A stretch of 64,000 nt of DNA from a candidate division Hyd24-12 bacterium UBA5074 (GCA_002414865.1 DIAQ01000098.1:1039-65038), one strand, 5' to 3'. Positions 41,480 through 50,902 are shown, counted from the stretch's first letter. The notes: generated from the sequence alone by a model not told the origin. Made by a program: numbers and translations.

Positions 41480-42517
41480 TCAGCCGAAGAAGAGCTTCGC
41501 GACCGAATAGCGCTCGAGCGGGACCTTCTTCAGCGTGCCCACGGCGTCAGCCAGATCGGCATCCACCACTTCGCCTCCGCGAAGGGCGGCCATCCTGCCC
41601 GTCATCCCCGACTCGGCCATCTCGACCACCTTCACACCCAGACGGGTGCCGAGCACCCTGTCGAAGGCGCTCGGCGGTCCCCCCCGCTGGAGGTGTCCGA
41701 GGACGACGGATCTCGTCTCGAGGCCCGTGCGGTCCTCTATCTCCTGGGCCAGCACCTCCGCGACTCCGATACCCGTCCCCAGCTGTACATGTCCGAAGGC
41801 ATCCTTCTCCTGGGCATGCATCACGTGCCTGGTCAGCTGCGGGTCCATGGCGCCCTCGGCCACGGCGACCAGCGCCCAGTGCCTGCCCTCGTCCCATCTG
41901 CTCCTGAGGATGCGGCACACCTCGTCGGTGTCGAAGGGCTCCTCCGGGAGGAGTATCACGGATGCCCCGCCGGCCATGCCGCCATGCAGAGCCATCCAGC
42001 CCGCATGCCTTCCCATGATCTCGACGACCACCACCCTCTCGTGGCTCCTGGCAGTCGTCTCGAGCCTGTCGAGAGATTCCATCACGATATTGATCGCGGT
42101 ATCGAAGCCGAATGTGTAGTCGGTCGCCGCCAGGTCGTTGTCTATGGTCTTCGGGACCCCGAGGACCTTGAAGCCCGATTCGGAGAGCTTCCTCGCCACG
42201 CCCAGCGTGTCCTCGCCTCCTACGGCGATCAGGCAGTCGATGGAGTTCCTGGACAGGGTGTCCGCGATCCTCTGCATCCCGTTCTCGACCTTGAACGGAT
42301 TTGTCCTCGAGGAGAGGAGGATGGTGCCCCCCTGCTTGTGGATATCGCGCACGTCCTCGATTCCGAGGTCCCTCCCCTGGTCCTCGAGGACGCCCTTCCA
42401 TCCCCGCAGGAAGCCTGTCACCCTGTGCCCACCCGAGACGGCTCGGTAGACGACCGCTCTGATCACAGCGTTGAGACCGGGGGCGTCGCCCCCTCCCGTC
42501 AGGATAGCGAGATGCAC
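41480..42517 (-). CDS. pfk: 6-phosphofructokinase, pyrophosphate-dependent type
   Basis: PFK fold. GGEDT (Asp at the E. coli Gly104 position) and PKTIDND (Lys at the Gly124 position) are the established PPi-PFK discriminators. Confidence 0.85.
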   Translation of the reverse strand: MHLAILTGGGDAPGLNAVIRAVVYRAVSGGHRVTGFLRGWKGVLEDQGRDLGIEDVRDIHKQGGTILLSSRTNPFKVENGMQRIADTLSRNSIDCLIAVGGEDTLGVARKLSESGFKVLGVPKTIDNDLAATDYTFGFDTAINIVMESLDRLETTARSHERVVVVEIMGRHAGWMALHGGMAGGASVILLPEEPFDTDEVCRILRSRWDEGRHWALVAVAEGAMDPQLTRHVMHAQEKDAFGHVQLGTGIGVAEVLAQEIEDRTGLETRSVVLGHLQRGGPPSAFDRVLGTRLGVKVVEMAESGMTGRMAALRGGEVVDADLADAVGTLKKVPLERYSVAKLFFG

Positions 42518-42546
42518 CTTTCGACCTCCCGTTCAATCCCTGGCGT

Positions 42547-43317
42547 TCACGCCCAACCGCCGGCGGGCCGCATCTCCGCCGCCAGCTTCGAAAAGGCTTC
42601 CAGATCCAGCGACTGGTCACCGTCGGAAAGCGCCCGAGCGGGATCCGGGTGGATCTCGATCATCAGGCCGTCGGCCCCGGCCGCGAGGCAGGCCTTCGAG
42701 AGGGGTTCCACGAGATCCCTGCGCCCGGCGGCATGGCACGGGTCGGCGATGACCGGGAACCCTGCCTTGCGGCGTGCTATGACGATCGCAGCGAGATCGA
42801 GGGTGTTCCTCGTCCATGGCTCGATGGTGCGGATGCCCCTCTCGCAGAGGACCACCCTGTCGTTGCCTTCGTTGATCAGGTACTCCGCCGCGAGCAGCCA
42901 CTCCTCTATCGTCGCCATGAAGCCCCGCTTGAGGAGCACCGGCCTGCCGCACCTGCCCAGCTCCGTAAGAAGGGCCGAGTTGTGCATGTTGCGGCTGCCC
43001 ACCTGGAGCATGTCCGCAGCTTCGGAGACCGGACCTATCATGTCCGCGGACATGACCTCCGAGACCACTGGTATCCCGAGTGAGCTGCGGACCGATGCGA
43101 GCATGCGGAGACCCTCGAGCCCCAGGCCCTGGAACTTGTAGGGGGAGGTGCGCGGCTTGAAGGCTCCGCCCCTGAGCATCGAGGCTCCCGCCGACACCGC
43201 CGCCCTGGCGCACCTGTCGAGCATCTCCTCGTCCTCGACCGCGCACGGGCCCGCGATCAGCACCGGCCTGGGTCCTCCGAACTCGACTCCGGCAACTGTC
43301 ACTGGACGCAGAGACAA
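42547..43317 (-). CDS. 3-deoxy-7-phosphoheptulonate (DAHP) synthase, class I-beta (KDO8P synthase family alternative)
   Basis: 256 aa. PCAVE and GAFKPRTSPY motifs typical of the AroA(I-beta)/KdsA TIM-barrel family. KPRTSPY favours DAHP synthase over KdsA. Confidence 0.7.
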   Translation of the reverse strand: MSLRPVTVAGVEFGGPRPVLIAGPCAVEDEEMLDRCARAAVSAGASMLRGGAFKPRTSPYKFQGLGLEGLRMLASVRSSLGIPVVSEVMSADMIGPVSEAADMLQVGSRNMHNSALLTELGRCGRPVLLKRGFMATIEEWLLAAEYLINEGNDRVVLCERGIRTIEPWTRNTLDLAAIVIARRKAGFPVIADPCHAAGRRDLVEPLSKACLAAGADGLMIEIHPDPARALSDGDQSLDLEAFSKLAAEMRPAGGWA

Positions 43318-43319
43318 GG

Positions 43320-45035
43320 CTACCTCCGTGAAATCGTCTCGATCATGAATGCCAGCATCTCTCTCACGGCATCGTCGGAGACAGGGCCGGGGTTGTGACC
43401 CACGGCGCTGTCGAGCTGCTCCTCGACCCAGTCCGGGTCATAGGGGTCGGAGACCGCTCCCGTGAGGGCCGCCCTGTGGTTGATGAGCTTCACTATCTCG
43501 ATGTCCGTCCTGAGGAGGTCGCTCCTCCATTCCGTGCCCGCCGGCGGCCGCCCCAGCGCAGCCCTGTCCACCTTGCCTCCGGGGGTGCGGGGGAGGTCGG
43601 GGACCATCCTGAAGGTACGCGGGATCTTGTAGTCGTCCAGGAATCCCCTCAGGAAGCTCCTCAGCGAGGCGGGCGAAGGCTCGCAGCCCGGCCGGGGGAC
43701 GACCCAGGCGGCCACGGTCTCCCCCCGCGAGGAGTGGACCTCGCCAGCCACGACCGCGTCGGACACGTCGGGGTGGCGGAGGAGAGCAAGCTCGACCTCG
43801 AGGGGGTACACCTTGAGGCCGGCCGATTTGACAAGACCTCCCCGCCTGCCCACGAACAGCAGCCTGCCGGACGACCTGCGGAAGACGTCGCCGGTCCGGA
43901 ACCAGCCCGACGAGAAACTCTCGGCGGTGGAGACCCGGTCACCCAGGTATCGCTCGGCCACGGCATCGCCCCGGAAGCGCAGCTCGCCCTCCCCGTCGCC
44001 CTCGATCCGGTCTCCGGAGGAGTCGATCAGCTCGGCCTCGTATCCTTCGACGACGGAGGAGAACCCCTCCGTCCCGGGAGCGCCCACCAGCGCCACTCCC
44101 GAGGTTTCAGTGCTGCCCCAGACCGGCGTGACGTCGATCGATGTCAGGGAGCGGAAGAGGGAGAGGAAATCGGACGAGATGTGCATGCCCCCGGCTTCGA
44201 TGATCCGAAGGGTGCCCAGGCCGGCGCCCCGCCTCCCCGCGACTCTGGCGAGGCCTTCGAGCTGCGGCGGGAGACCCATGAGAAAGGTCACTCCGTGCCT
44301 CTCGATCAGGTCGAGGGCCTCCCTCGGGTAGCGCGTTGCGGTGAGCACGCTTGTGCCGCCCAGCAGGAGCGCCCTCGCGAAGAGCTCGTGCGGGTGTCCG
44401 ACCGAGGAGAACAGGGACATGTGGACGTCGCTCCCCGCCAGTCCGAGCGCGGCGCTGATGCCGCGCGTGTTGGCGAGCAGCTGCTCGGAGGTGGTGGCCA
44501 CTATCTTGGGCATGCCGGTGGAGGCTGATGTCACGTTGAGGTAGACCACCGAGGACGGAGCCGGGTCGGGCAGCTCCACATCCCCGGCCGGGACGGGGAG
44601 CGACGAGGCCGGCAGTGCCGGGAAGCCGCTCCAGGCCTGGGGAGGCGCCTCGTCGCAGGCCACGAAGGTCCTGCCCGCGATCCTGGCGATCCTCCTGGCC
44701 ACGGCCCCGGGCCATGACGGGCTGACGGAAAGGAACCGGCAGCCCAGCATCGAGGCTGCGAGGAAATGCACCGGCAGCCACGCGGACTTGGCGCCTGCGT
44801 AGGCAAGCGTGTCCCCCTCCCGGATGCCGGAGGCCAGGAGCGAGCAGGCCACCGCCCGGGAGCCGGCGAGCCATTCCGCGTATGTGAAGGCCCGCGAGTC
44901 GTCGGCCAGGGCTGTCCTGCCCGGGAAACGCTCTGCGGCCGACGCCAGGTATCCGTGCAGGCTACAGGCTGTCGGCCTACTCAATCTTGTTGCCGCACTC
45001 GGGGCAGAACTTGCTCCCCGGCGACATGTCGGCAC
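43320..45035 (-). CDS. AMP-dependent synthetase/ligase (adenylate-forming enzyme)
   Basis: AMP-binding motifs (TSASTGMPK, TGDV). There is no ATG, GTG or TTG between the SPFH stop and the conserved N-terminus. The start either overlaps the SPFH gene by about 58 nt or is non-canonical. Confidence 0.7.
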   Translation of the reverse strand: MPTCRRGASSAPSAATRLSRPTACSLHGYLASAAERFPGRTALADDSRAFTYAEWLAGSRAVACSLLASGIREGDTLAYAGAKSAWLPVHFLAASMLGCRFLSVSPSWPGAVARRIARIAGRTFVACDEAPPQAWSGFPALPASSLPVPAGDVELPDPAPSSVVYLNVTSASTGMPKIVATTSEQLLANTRGISAALGLAGSDVHMSLFSSVGHPHELFARALLLGGTSVLTATRYPREALDLIERHGVTFLMGLPPQLEGLARVAGRRGAGLGTLRIIEAGGMHISSDFLSLFRSLTSIDVTPVWGSTETSGVALVGAPGTEGFSSVVEGYEAELIDSSGDRIEGDGEGELRFRGDAVAERYLGDRVSTAESFSSGWFRTGDVFRRSSGRLLFVGRRGGLVKSAGLKVYPLEVELALLRHPDVSDAVVAGEVHSSRGETVAAWVVPRPGCEPSPASLRSFLRGFLDDYKIPRTFRMVPDLPRTPGGKVDRAALGRPPAGTEWRSDLLRTDIEIVKLINHRAALTGAVSDPYDPDWVEEQLDSAVGHNPGPVSDDAVREMLAFMIETISRR

Positions 45036-46119
45036 CGCACTTGGGGCACTTCACGACCCCTGTCTTCGTCCCGCACTCGGGGCAGAACTTCGCCCCGGGC
45101 GCCAGGATCGCGCCGCACTTGCCGCACGTTGCGGAGAGCGGCTTGCCGCACTCGGGGCAGAACTTGCCCGGCACGACCATCTTCGAGCACGCGGGGCAGG
45201 CCACGAGAGCGGCGGCCGGAGCTGCCGCCGTGGGGGCCGGAGCAGCCTGCTGAGGCTGTCCCCCGCCCATCATGCCCTGTGCCATCATGTTCGCCATCGC
45301 GGCGCCCATGCCGACTCCGGCGCCGAGGCCGACGCCCGTGCCGGCGGCTCCGCCGGCCTGGTTCTGGGCTGCGTCGCTCACTGCGGTGGCGGTCTTGAAT
45401 CGCATGTAGTCGTTCATGTTGCCGAGGGCGGCCATCGAGGTGCGCTCGTCGATGCGCTTCTGGACCTCGTCGGGCGGCGTGATGGCGTTGATGTAGAAGT
45501 CCACGAGCTGGATGCCGTACTTCTCGAAGTCGTCGCCCAGCCTGGCCTTGGCCAGCGTGCTTATCTCGTCGTAGGACTGGGCGAGGTCGAAGATGCTGGT
45601 GAGGGTTTCGCCCATGAGATCGGCCAGCCGGGAGATGATGACGCCTTTGAGATAGCTCTCGACGGCATCGGTCGTGTAGCGGCCCTCCGTGCCCACGAGC
45701 TTGTTGATGAAGAGCTGGCTCTGGGAGACCTTGATGGAGAACTGCCCGAAGGCGCGCAGGCGCACCATGGCCAGTTCCTTGTCACGGAAGATGATGGGTT
45801 CCTTGGTGCCCCACTTCATGTCCGTGAAGGTCTTCTTGTTCACGTAGTAGACTTCGGCGCGGAAAGGCGAGCCTTCCCCCTCGAAGGCCATGCCCGCGAG
45901 CTCGGCGAGGAGGGGGATGTTCTGGGTCGTCAGCGTGTGCCTGCCCGGCCCCATCGTATCCATCGCCTTGCCGTCGCGGAAGAAGACGGCCTCCTGGCTC
46001 TCCCTCACAACCAGCTGGCTGCCTATCCTGAACTCACCCGAACCGGTCTGGGGTTCGCGATGGACGATCTCCTTGCCGGTGTCGTCGAGCCATTCGATGA
46101 TCTCGGGTCGCTTTATCAT
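44977..46119 (-). CDS. SPFH/band-7 domain protein fused to three tandem double-zinc-ribbon repeats
   Basis: N-terminal SPFH domain (about 250 aa). Gly/Ala/Met-rich linker. C-terminal repeats: CPACS..FCPECG, CGKCG..FCPECG, CPKCG..FCPECG. Confidence 0.8.
   Translation of the reverse strand: MIKRPEIIEWLDDTGKEIVHREPQTGSGEFRIGSQLVVRESQEAVFFRDGKAMDTMGPGRHTLTTQNIPLLAELAGMAFEGEGSPFRAEVYYVNKKTFTDMKWGTKEPIIFRDKELAMVRLRAFGQFSIKVSQSQLFINKLVGTEGRYTTDAVESYLKGVIISRLADLMGETLTSIFDLAQSYDEISTLAKARLGDDFEKYGIQLVDFYINAITPPDEVQKRIDERTSMAALGNMNDYMRFKTATAVSDAAQNQAGGAAGTGVGLGAGVGMGAAMANMMAQGMMGGGQPQQAAPAPTAAAPAAALVACPACSKMVVPGKFCPECGKPLSATCGKCGAILAPGAKFCPECGTKTGVVKCPKCGADMSPGSKFCPECGNKIE
44985..45215. repeat. Intragenic ~75-78 bp tandem repeat (3 copies) encoding the zinc-ribbon units of the SPFH protein
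   Basis: Near-identical 21-24 nt cores ccgcactcggggcagaacttg recur at about 44993, 45071 and 45146. Confidence 0.6.
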
Positions 46120-46140
46120 TCAGGTCCTCCCGGGCTTTCT

Positions 46141-46668
46141 TCAGTCCATGGGCTGGTTGTGCTCGAGATCGATCATCAAGTCTCTCCTCGAGGCCATCTT
46201 CTCGCTGAATCCGAGCAAAAGGCCGATCAGGCCGTCGACATGGCCGCTGATCGTATCGCCGGCTCCGGCTGCCGAATAGAGGGCCTTGACGGCTTCCTCG
46301 ATCGCCTGCACGTCCTCGGCCAGGGCGACATCGAATGCATACAGCTTGTCGAGCTCGTCCTCCTGGACCTTGTGCACATCGAACCAGCCACGGTATCCCC
46401 TGTCGGCGAAGCGGATCTCGTCGGTGACCTTCTCGAGCCGCTTCTGGAGCCTGTCGATGTCGCCCACCTTGGCCAGCAGGTCCGGGCCGTGCAGGCTGTT
46501 GACGGTCTCGCCGACGCTGGTCCTGACCTTCTCCAGCCTCTCGACGAGGAGCATGCGGAACAGCTGGTCGTTGTCACGCCGCTCTTCCTTGCGTTTGTAA
46601 CCCTTGTAGCCCGGAATGAGGCGGATGGCCTTCTCCAGGATGTTCAGGCTCCTCCCGTCTTCGCCCAT
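46141..46668 (-). CDS. Helical hypothetical protein, partner of the SPFH gene
   Basis: 175 aa, charged/coiled-coil-like. 22 nt upstream gap to the SPFH gene, same strand. Confidence 0.5.
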   Translation of the reverse strand: MGEDGRSLNILEKAIRLIPGYKGYKRKEERRDNDQLFRMLLVERLEKVRTSVGETVNSLHGPDLLAKVGDIDRLQKRLEKVTDEIRFADRGYRGWFDVHKVQEDELDKLYAFDVALAEDVQAIEEAVKALYSAAGAGDTISGHVDGLIGLLLGFSEKMASRRDLMIDLEHNQPMD

Positions 46669-46731
46669 CTCCCCCGTCCTTTCCGCTGGTGATAGTCCAG
46701 TCCGGTCAAGATACCAATGGCCATATCCGCG

Positions 46732-47739
46732 TCAATGCACCGCATGCGACCTTGCCGTGCGGATGTTGGCGAGGTGCCCCGCGAGGTCCCTTGCGAAGAG
46801 GTGGGTCCCGCTGCCGTCCTCCCTGCTCACGAAGTAGAGGTACCCGGCCGTGGTGTCGGGATCGGCCACCGCAGCCAGCGAGGCCGTGCCGGGCGAGCAT
46901 ATCGGCCCGGGCGGGAGCCCGCCATGCCTGTAGGTGTTGTAGGGGCTGTCGATCCTCAGGTCGGCATAGGAGAGGCGCTCGCGGACCTCGCCCAGGGCGA
47001 ACTGAACCGTGGCGCAGCTCTCCAGGCGCATCCCGGCGCTCAGCCTGAGCAGGAATACGCCGGCGATGGCGGGTCTCTCCGAATCCACCCTCGCCTCGCG
47101 TTCCACGATGGAGGCGAGGACCACGGCCTGCCGACGGGACAGCCCCATCCGCTCGAGGGCAGGATCCCATGCGGGCTCCCACCGCCGCAGTCCGGTATCC
47201 ACGATGGAGGTCAGCACTTCGCGCGCCCCCAGCGAGTCGGCGAACTCGTAGGTCTCCGGGAAGAGGTATCCCTCCAGGCCAGGCGCCCCCGTGAGGGCCA
47301 GCAGCGAGGAGTCGCCGGCAGCCTGCTCGAGCGAGTCCAGCGGGATGCCGAGCGAGGCCGAGAGCGTCTGCAGGCTCTGCGGGAGCGTCAAGCCCTCGGG
47401 CAGGGTCACCCAGTGCGTCGGCACCGGTACGACACGGCCTTCGGCGATCCGCATCAGGATGGTGTCGAGGGGCATGGAGGAGTCGAGGAGATAGGTCCCG
47501 GCCTGGAAACGGTCCGCGACGCCCGTCCTCTCGGCCCTCCAGAGGGCGAAAGTCGACCAGCGCACCAGTCCGGAATCCTGGAGCGCCCCGGCTATCCGCC
47601 CCGCACCCCAACCCCTGGGAACCGGGAAGAGGACCTCCCTCCCGCCGCCGGGCGGAGACGAGACCCAGCGGAAGGAAAGGAGGGCGGCCGCTGCGAGGAG
47701 AACCGCAGCTAGAATGCCGGCGGACGCTCTTGCCTTCAC
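46732..47739 (-). CDS. mltG: Endolytic murein transglycosylase MltG (YceG-like)
   Basis: YceG domain. GTG at 47737-47739 overlaps the ruvX stop (GTGA). N-terminal TM anchor. The track ORF start is an out-of-frame extension through ruvX. Confidence 0.8.
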   Translation of the reverse strand: MKARASAGILAAVLLAAAALLSFRWVSSPPGGGREVLFPVPRGWGAGRIAGALQDSGLVRWSTFALWRAERTGVADRFQAGTYLLDSSMPLDTILMRIAEGRVVPVPTHWVTLPEGLTLPQSLQTLSASLGIPLDSLEQAAGDSSLLALTGAPGLEGYLFPETYEFADSLGAREVLTSIVDTGLRRWEPAWDPALERMGLSRRQAVVLASIVEREARVDSERPAIAGVFLLRLSAGMRLESCATVQFALGEVRERLSYADLRIDSPYNTYRHGGLPPGPICSPGTASLAAVADPDTTAGYLYFVSREDGSGTHLFARDLAGHLANIRTARSHAVH

Positions 47740-48119
47740 GGTATGTGCAGATGTCTCTTGAGGATGCTTACTGCCGCGAGCGAGTCCAGCGCTCCGTCCC
47801 TCTTCCAGCGACCGGGCAGGGAGGCCCTGGCCTCGGCCGTGGTCCCCGTCTCGCGCTCGAGCACGACCTCGAAACCTTCGAGGCGCAGCCGCCCTGCCAG
47901 CGACTCGACCTCTTCGCACAGCTCGGTACGGCGCCCGGATGCCGAGAGAGGAAGGCCGAGGACCACGACGAGGGCCTCGCCTGGCTCGGAGAGGGCATGG
48001 AGTCTCGACAGGAGCTCCGTCCATCCCCCGGACACCGGCTCCAGGGGGAGGACGATCCCTGCGATTATCGAGGCGAGGCCGGTCCTCCTCCTGCCATAGT
48101 CGACCGCGACGGTTGTCAT
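47736..48119 (-). CDS. ruvX: Holliday junction resolvase-like protein RuvX/YqgF
   Basis: 127 aa. N-terminal VAVDYGRRRTGLA RNase H-fold motif. Confidence 0.8.
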   Translation of the reverse strand: MTTVAVDYGRRRTGLASIIAGIVLPLEPVSGGWTELLSRLHALSEPGEALVVVLGLPLSASGRRTELCEEVESLAGRLRLEGFEVVLERETGTTAEARASLPGRWKRDGALDSLAAVSILKRHLHIP

Positions 48120-48120
48120 C

Positions 48121-49806
48121 TCAGAAGTCCCTGGCGGCCATCGACCTGTACGCGCCGCGCATGGTGAATACGGTCAGCGCGGCGGTCACCGGGACCAGGA
48201 AGAGGGCGAGGAGGGACATGGGCTGAACCATGGCGCGCTCGCGGAAGCCTTCCGACAGGTAGGCCTTCGTGGCCATCGAGAGCGCGGATACGACCACCAG
48301 CACATAGCCCATCGAGGCGAAGGCGGCGATGATCCCCCCCTGCCCGCTGGCGATGCTCGCTGCGCTGTTGTCGTCGAACCTGGGGAAGATCGCCCCCAGG
48401 GAGATGTTTATGCTGACGAGGGCGAAGCAGAGGAGGAGTATCGATCCGAGGGCCTCGGCCATCAGGATCGCTCCGGCTCCCAGCTTCCAGGTCGAGTAGA
48501 AGCCCGTGAGCAGCATGACCGGCAGTATCCCCGTGAAGGACTGCAGCCACTTCGACCTCAGCATGAACCTCCTGGCTCCGGGGACCTGGAGGAGGAAGTT
48601 GAGCCCGGGTCCCTCGAGGCTTGTCGAAGGGAAGCAGAACCTCACCAGCAGGGTCGCTATCACGAAACCCGTGAACGAGATGTTCATGTATACCGCGACA
48701 CCCAGCCAGAGCCGGGAGGCGATGGCCAGGGGGAAGCGGCCCAGGCTCCCGGCGTAGAGCACGAACAGCCCGAGCAGGAGGCCCAGCTGACTGAGCTGGA
48801 CGGGGTCGCGCAGGAAGAGGATGGTGTCCTTCTCCATCATGGCCCTCACGGGTCCGCCGAGCCTGAACACGGGAAGGCTGCGCTCCGGTCTCCCGCTGTC
48901 CCCCGAGACCGCGGAATACATCCTGCGGAAGCCGGGGCAGACCAGGAGAGCTGCCGCGGTGCATACGACGAAGGCTTCGCCCCAGAGCATGAGGGACGCT
49001 CTGATGGCAGTCCCTGCGCCGTTCCCGGAGGCCGCCGAGGAGAGAACGGAGGCGAAAAGCGCCGAGGGCCATGGCGAGTGCCCCGCCTGCGGAAGGCCTG
49101 CCACGAATCTCTGGACGGCGTCCAGCGATGCGCTGGAGTCAGGGATGACGATGCCGGAAGGCTGCATGCCCTGGAAGAACACGGCCAGCCCGGCGGCGGA
49201 GAGGACCACCGCCCCGGCCGCCCCCCTCCTGAGCCCGGTCATGCCTCCCACCCTCGAGAGCAGCGACATCACGACCGTCCCGAGAGCCACGGATACCAGG
49301 ACGAGCGGGATCAGCATCAGGATCCCCGCCAGCGCGGCGGAGGCCGGGCGGCCCGTCTCGGACGCGAAGGCGGCGATGATGGGTATGCCGAGCAGGATCG
49401 TGGACCATCCCGCATAGAACCAGCTCTCGAACATCCTGAAGAGCGCCGCGTGCCCGGCCTGGAACGGCATACCCAGCAGGAATGCGGTCTCGCCGGACCT
49501 GAACAGTGTCGAAGTGCCGCTTATGAGGGACGACACCGCCAGGAAGACGGTGAACGCCATGAAGGCCGAGGAGAGGAGCCGCGCCGAGAGCGCCAGCCCG
49601 AAGTCGGGCGAGGGCAGGGCTACGAGCTGCGAGAAGAGGAACCTGAAGAGCAGGAACATGGCCGGTGCTATGATGGAGAGGGTCAGGGCTCCCGCGAGCA
49701 CCTTCAGACGGTTGCCTTCCCACATCGATGCCATGGCTCCCCGGAGGGAGCGGGCCTTCATGGACAGCAGGAGCGCCAGTACGCGAAGCACTCCATAACA
49801 TAGCAC
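48121..49806 (-). CDS. Polytopic membrane protein of unknown function (ABC-2/permease-like topology)
   Basis: 561 aa, about 12 predicted TM helices. No catalytic motif recognised. Confidence 0.5.
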   Translation of the reverse strand: MLCYGVLRVLALLLSMKARSLRGAMASMWEGNRLKVLAGALTLSIIAPAMFLLFRFLFSQLVALPSPDFGLALSARLLSSAFMAFTVFLAVSSLISGTSTLFRSGETAFLLGMPFQAGHAALFRMFESWFYAGWSTILLGIPIIAAFASETGRPASAALAGILMLIPLVLVSVALGTVVMSLLSRVGGMTGLRRGAAGAVVLSAAGLAVFFQGMQPSGIVIPDSSASLDAVQRFVAGLPQAGHSPWPSALFASVLSSAASGNGAGTAIRASLMLWGEAFVVCTAAALLVCPGFRRMYSAVSGDSGRPERSLPVFRLGGPVRAMMEKDTILFLRDPVQLSQLGLLLGLFVLYAGSLGRFPLAIASRLWLGVAVYMNISFTGFVIATLLVRFCFPSTSLEGPGLNFLLQVPGARRFMLRSKWLQSFTGILPVMLLTGFYSTWKLGAGAILMAEALGSILLLCFALVSINISLGAIFPRFDDNSAASIASGQGGIIAAFASMGYVLVVVSALSMATKAYLSEGFRERAMVQPMSLLALFLVPVTAALTVFTMRGAYRSMAARDF

Positions 49807-49846
49807 CGACGGCGGAGGCGCGCCTCTTCCCGGCGGCCCGGGCCGC

Positions 49847-50830
49847 CTATCTGACCACGACCACCGCCTGCGTGACCGGGACCTCTCCGGGAGCCTCGAG
49901 CCTGACGAAGTAGACGCCCGGCTCCGCGATCGAGAAGGAGCCGTCGCCTGCGGAGACGGAGCCGCAGGACCTTCCGTCGATGGAGTAGAGAGTCACGACG
50001 CCGCCGCTGCCGGGAGCTTCGGAATGCACGGTGACAAGGCCGCTCGAGGGCGACGGGTGCGCCTCGAGCACCATCCCGCCGGCTGCGGGGTCTTCACCGA
50101 TCCCGGTCTCGAGGAGTTCGCTCATCCTGACCATGTGCGAATTCAGGATCTCGGCGGTCGCAATGGACTGGACGAACGTCGTCAGGTAGAGCTGGTCCCA
50201 TTCCCATGACGGGTCCACCAGGTAGTCGACGTCGAGGAGGATCGTCTCGGGTGACGAGGAGAACGACACCGTCGTCCCATCGGATCCGAATAGATTGTCC
50301 CGCAACGCATAGTTGAAATCGACCCCCTGCGTCGCGAAGGTGCCCGTGCCGGGGATCCCCGATTCGCTGACCATCGCGTGGACGGTGGCCTCGGTATCCA
50401 TGCCCATGTCGGTCGACAGGCTGATGGTCAGCGTTCCGGACGAGGGCGACGACGCCTCCGAGGCCTCGACGCCGATCCCCACGTGGCAGGGCACAGCCAT
50501 CCTGGTGCTGAAGTAGTCAGGGATCGTCTCGAGAGGCCAGGCATCGTAGAGGCCGTCGATCATGATCGTCGGGAACGCCGAGATGCCGTAGAAGTCCAGC
50601 CTGGCCTGATGGTCGGCGGGATCCGCGGCATAGACAGGGTCGCTCGAGCTCCCGTAGTGGATCGCCACGAGAGCGGCCTGGCCGGGATGGTCATCCAGGA
50701 ACTGCTCGACAGTGACCGCACTGCCAGGGCAGGAGCCTCAACCGTCCCAGGTGAATTCCTCGAACATGACGCATCTGTCCGCCGCCGAGGCCAGCGCGGA
50801 CAGGATCAGGAACGCAGGCAGGAAACGCAT
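49847..50830 (-). CDS. Secreted thioredoxin-fold protein with T9SS C-terminal sorting domain; in-frame TGA (50738..50740) at a U-x-x-C redox motif (candidate selenoprotein, alternatively a disrupted gene)
   Basis: ATG at 50828-50830 gives signal peptide MRFLPAFLILSALASAADR, then VMFEEFTWDG-TGA-GSCPGS in the same frame as track ORF 49847..50668. That sequence parallels thioredoxin FWAxWCGPC. Downstream YGISAFPTIMIDG parallels the Trx cis-Pro strand. The C-terminus has a T9SS-like CTD (GVYFVRLEA...VVVVR). Confidence 0.45.
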
Positions 50831-50902
50831 CCAGGACCTCCTTGAACCAGCATCCGTGCTGGAGGATGGGCGCAACCCCGTCCGGACCGGGGATGCGTCC
50901 GG

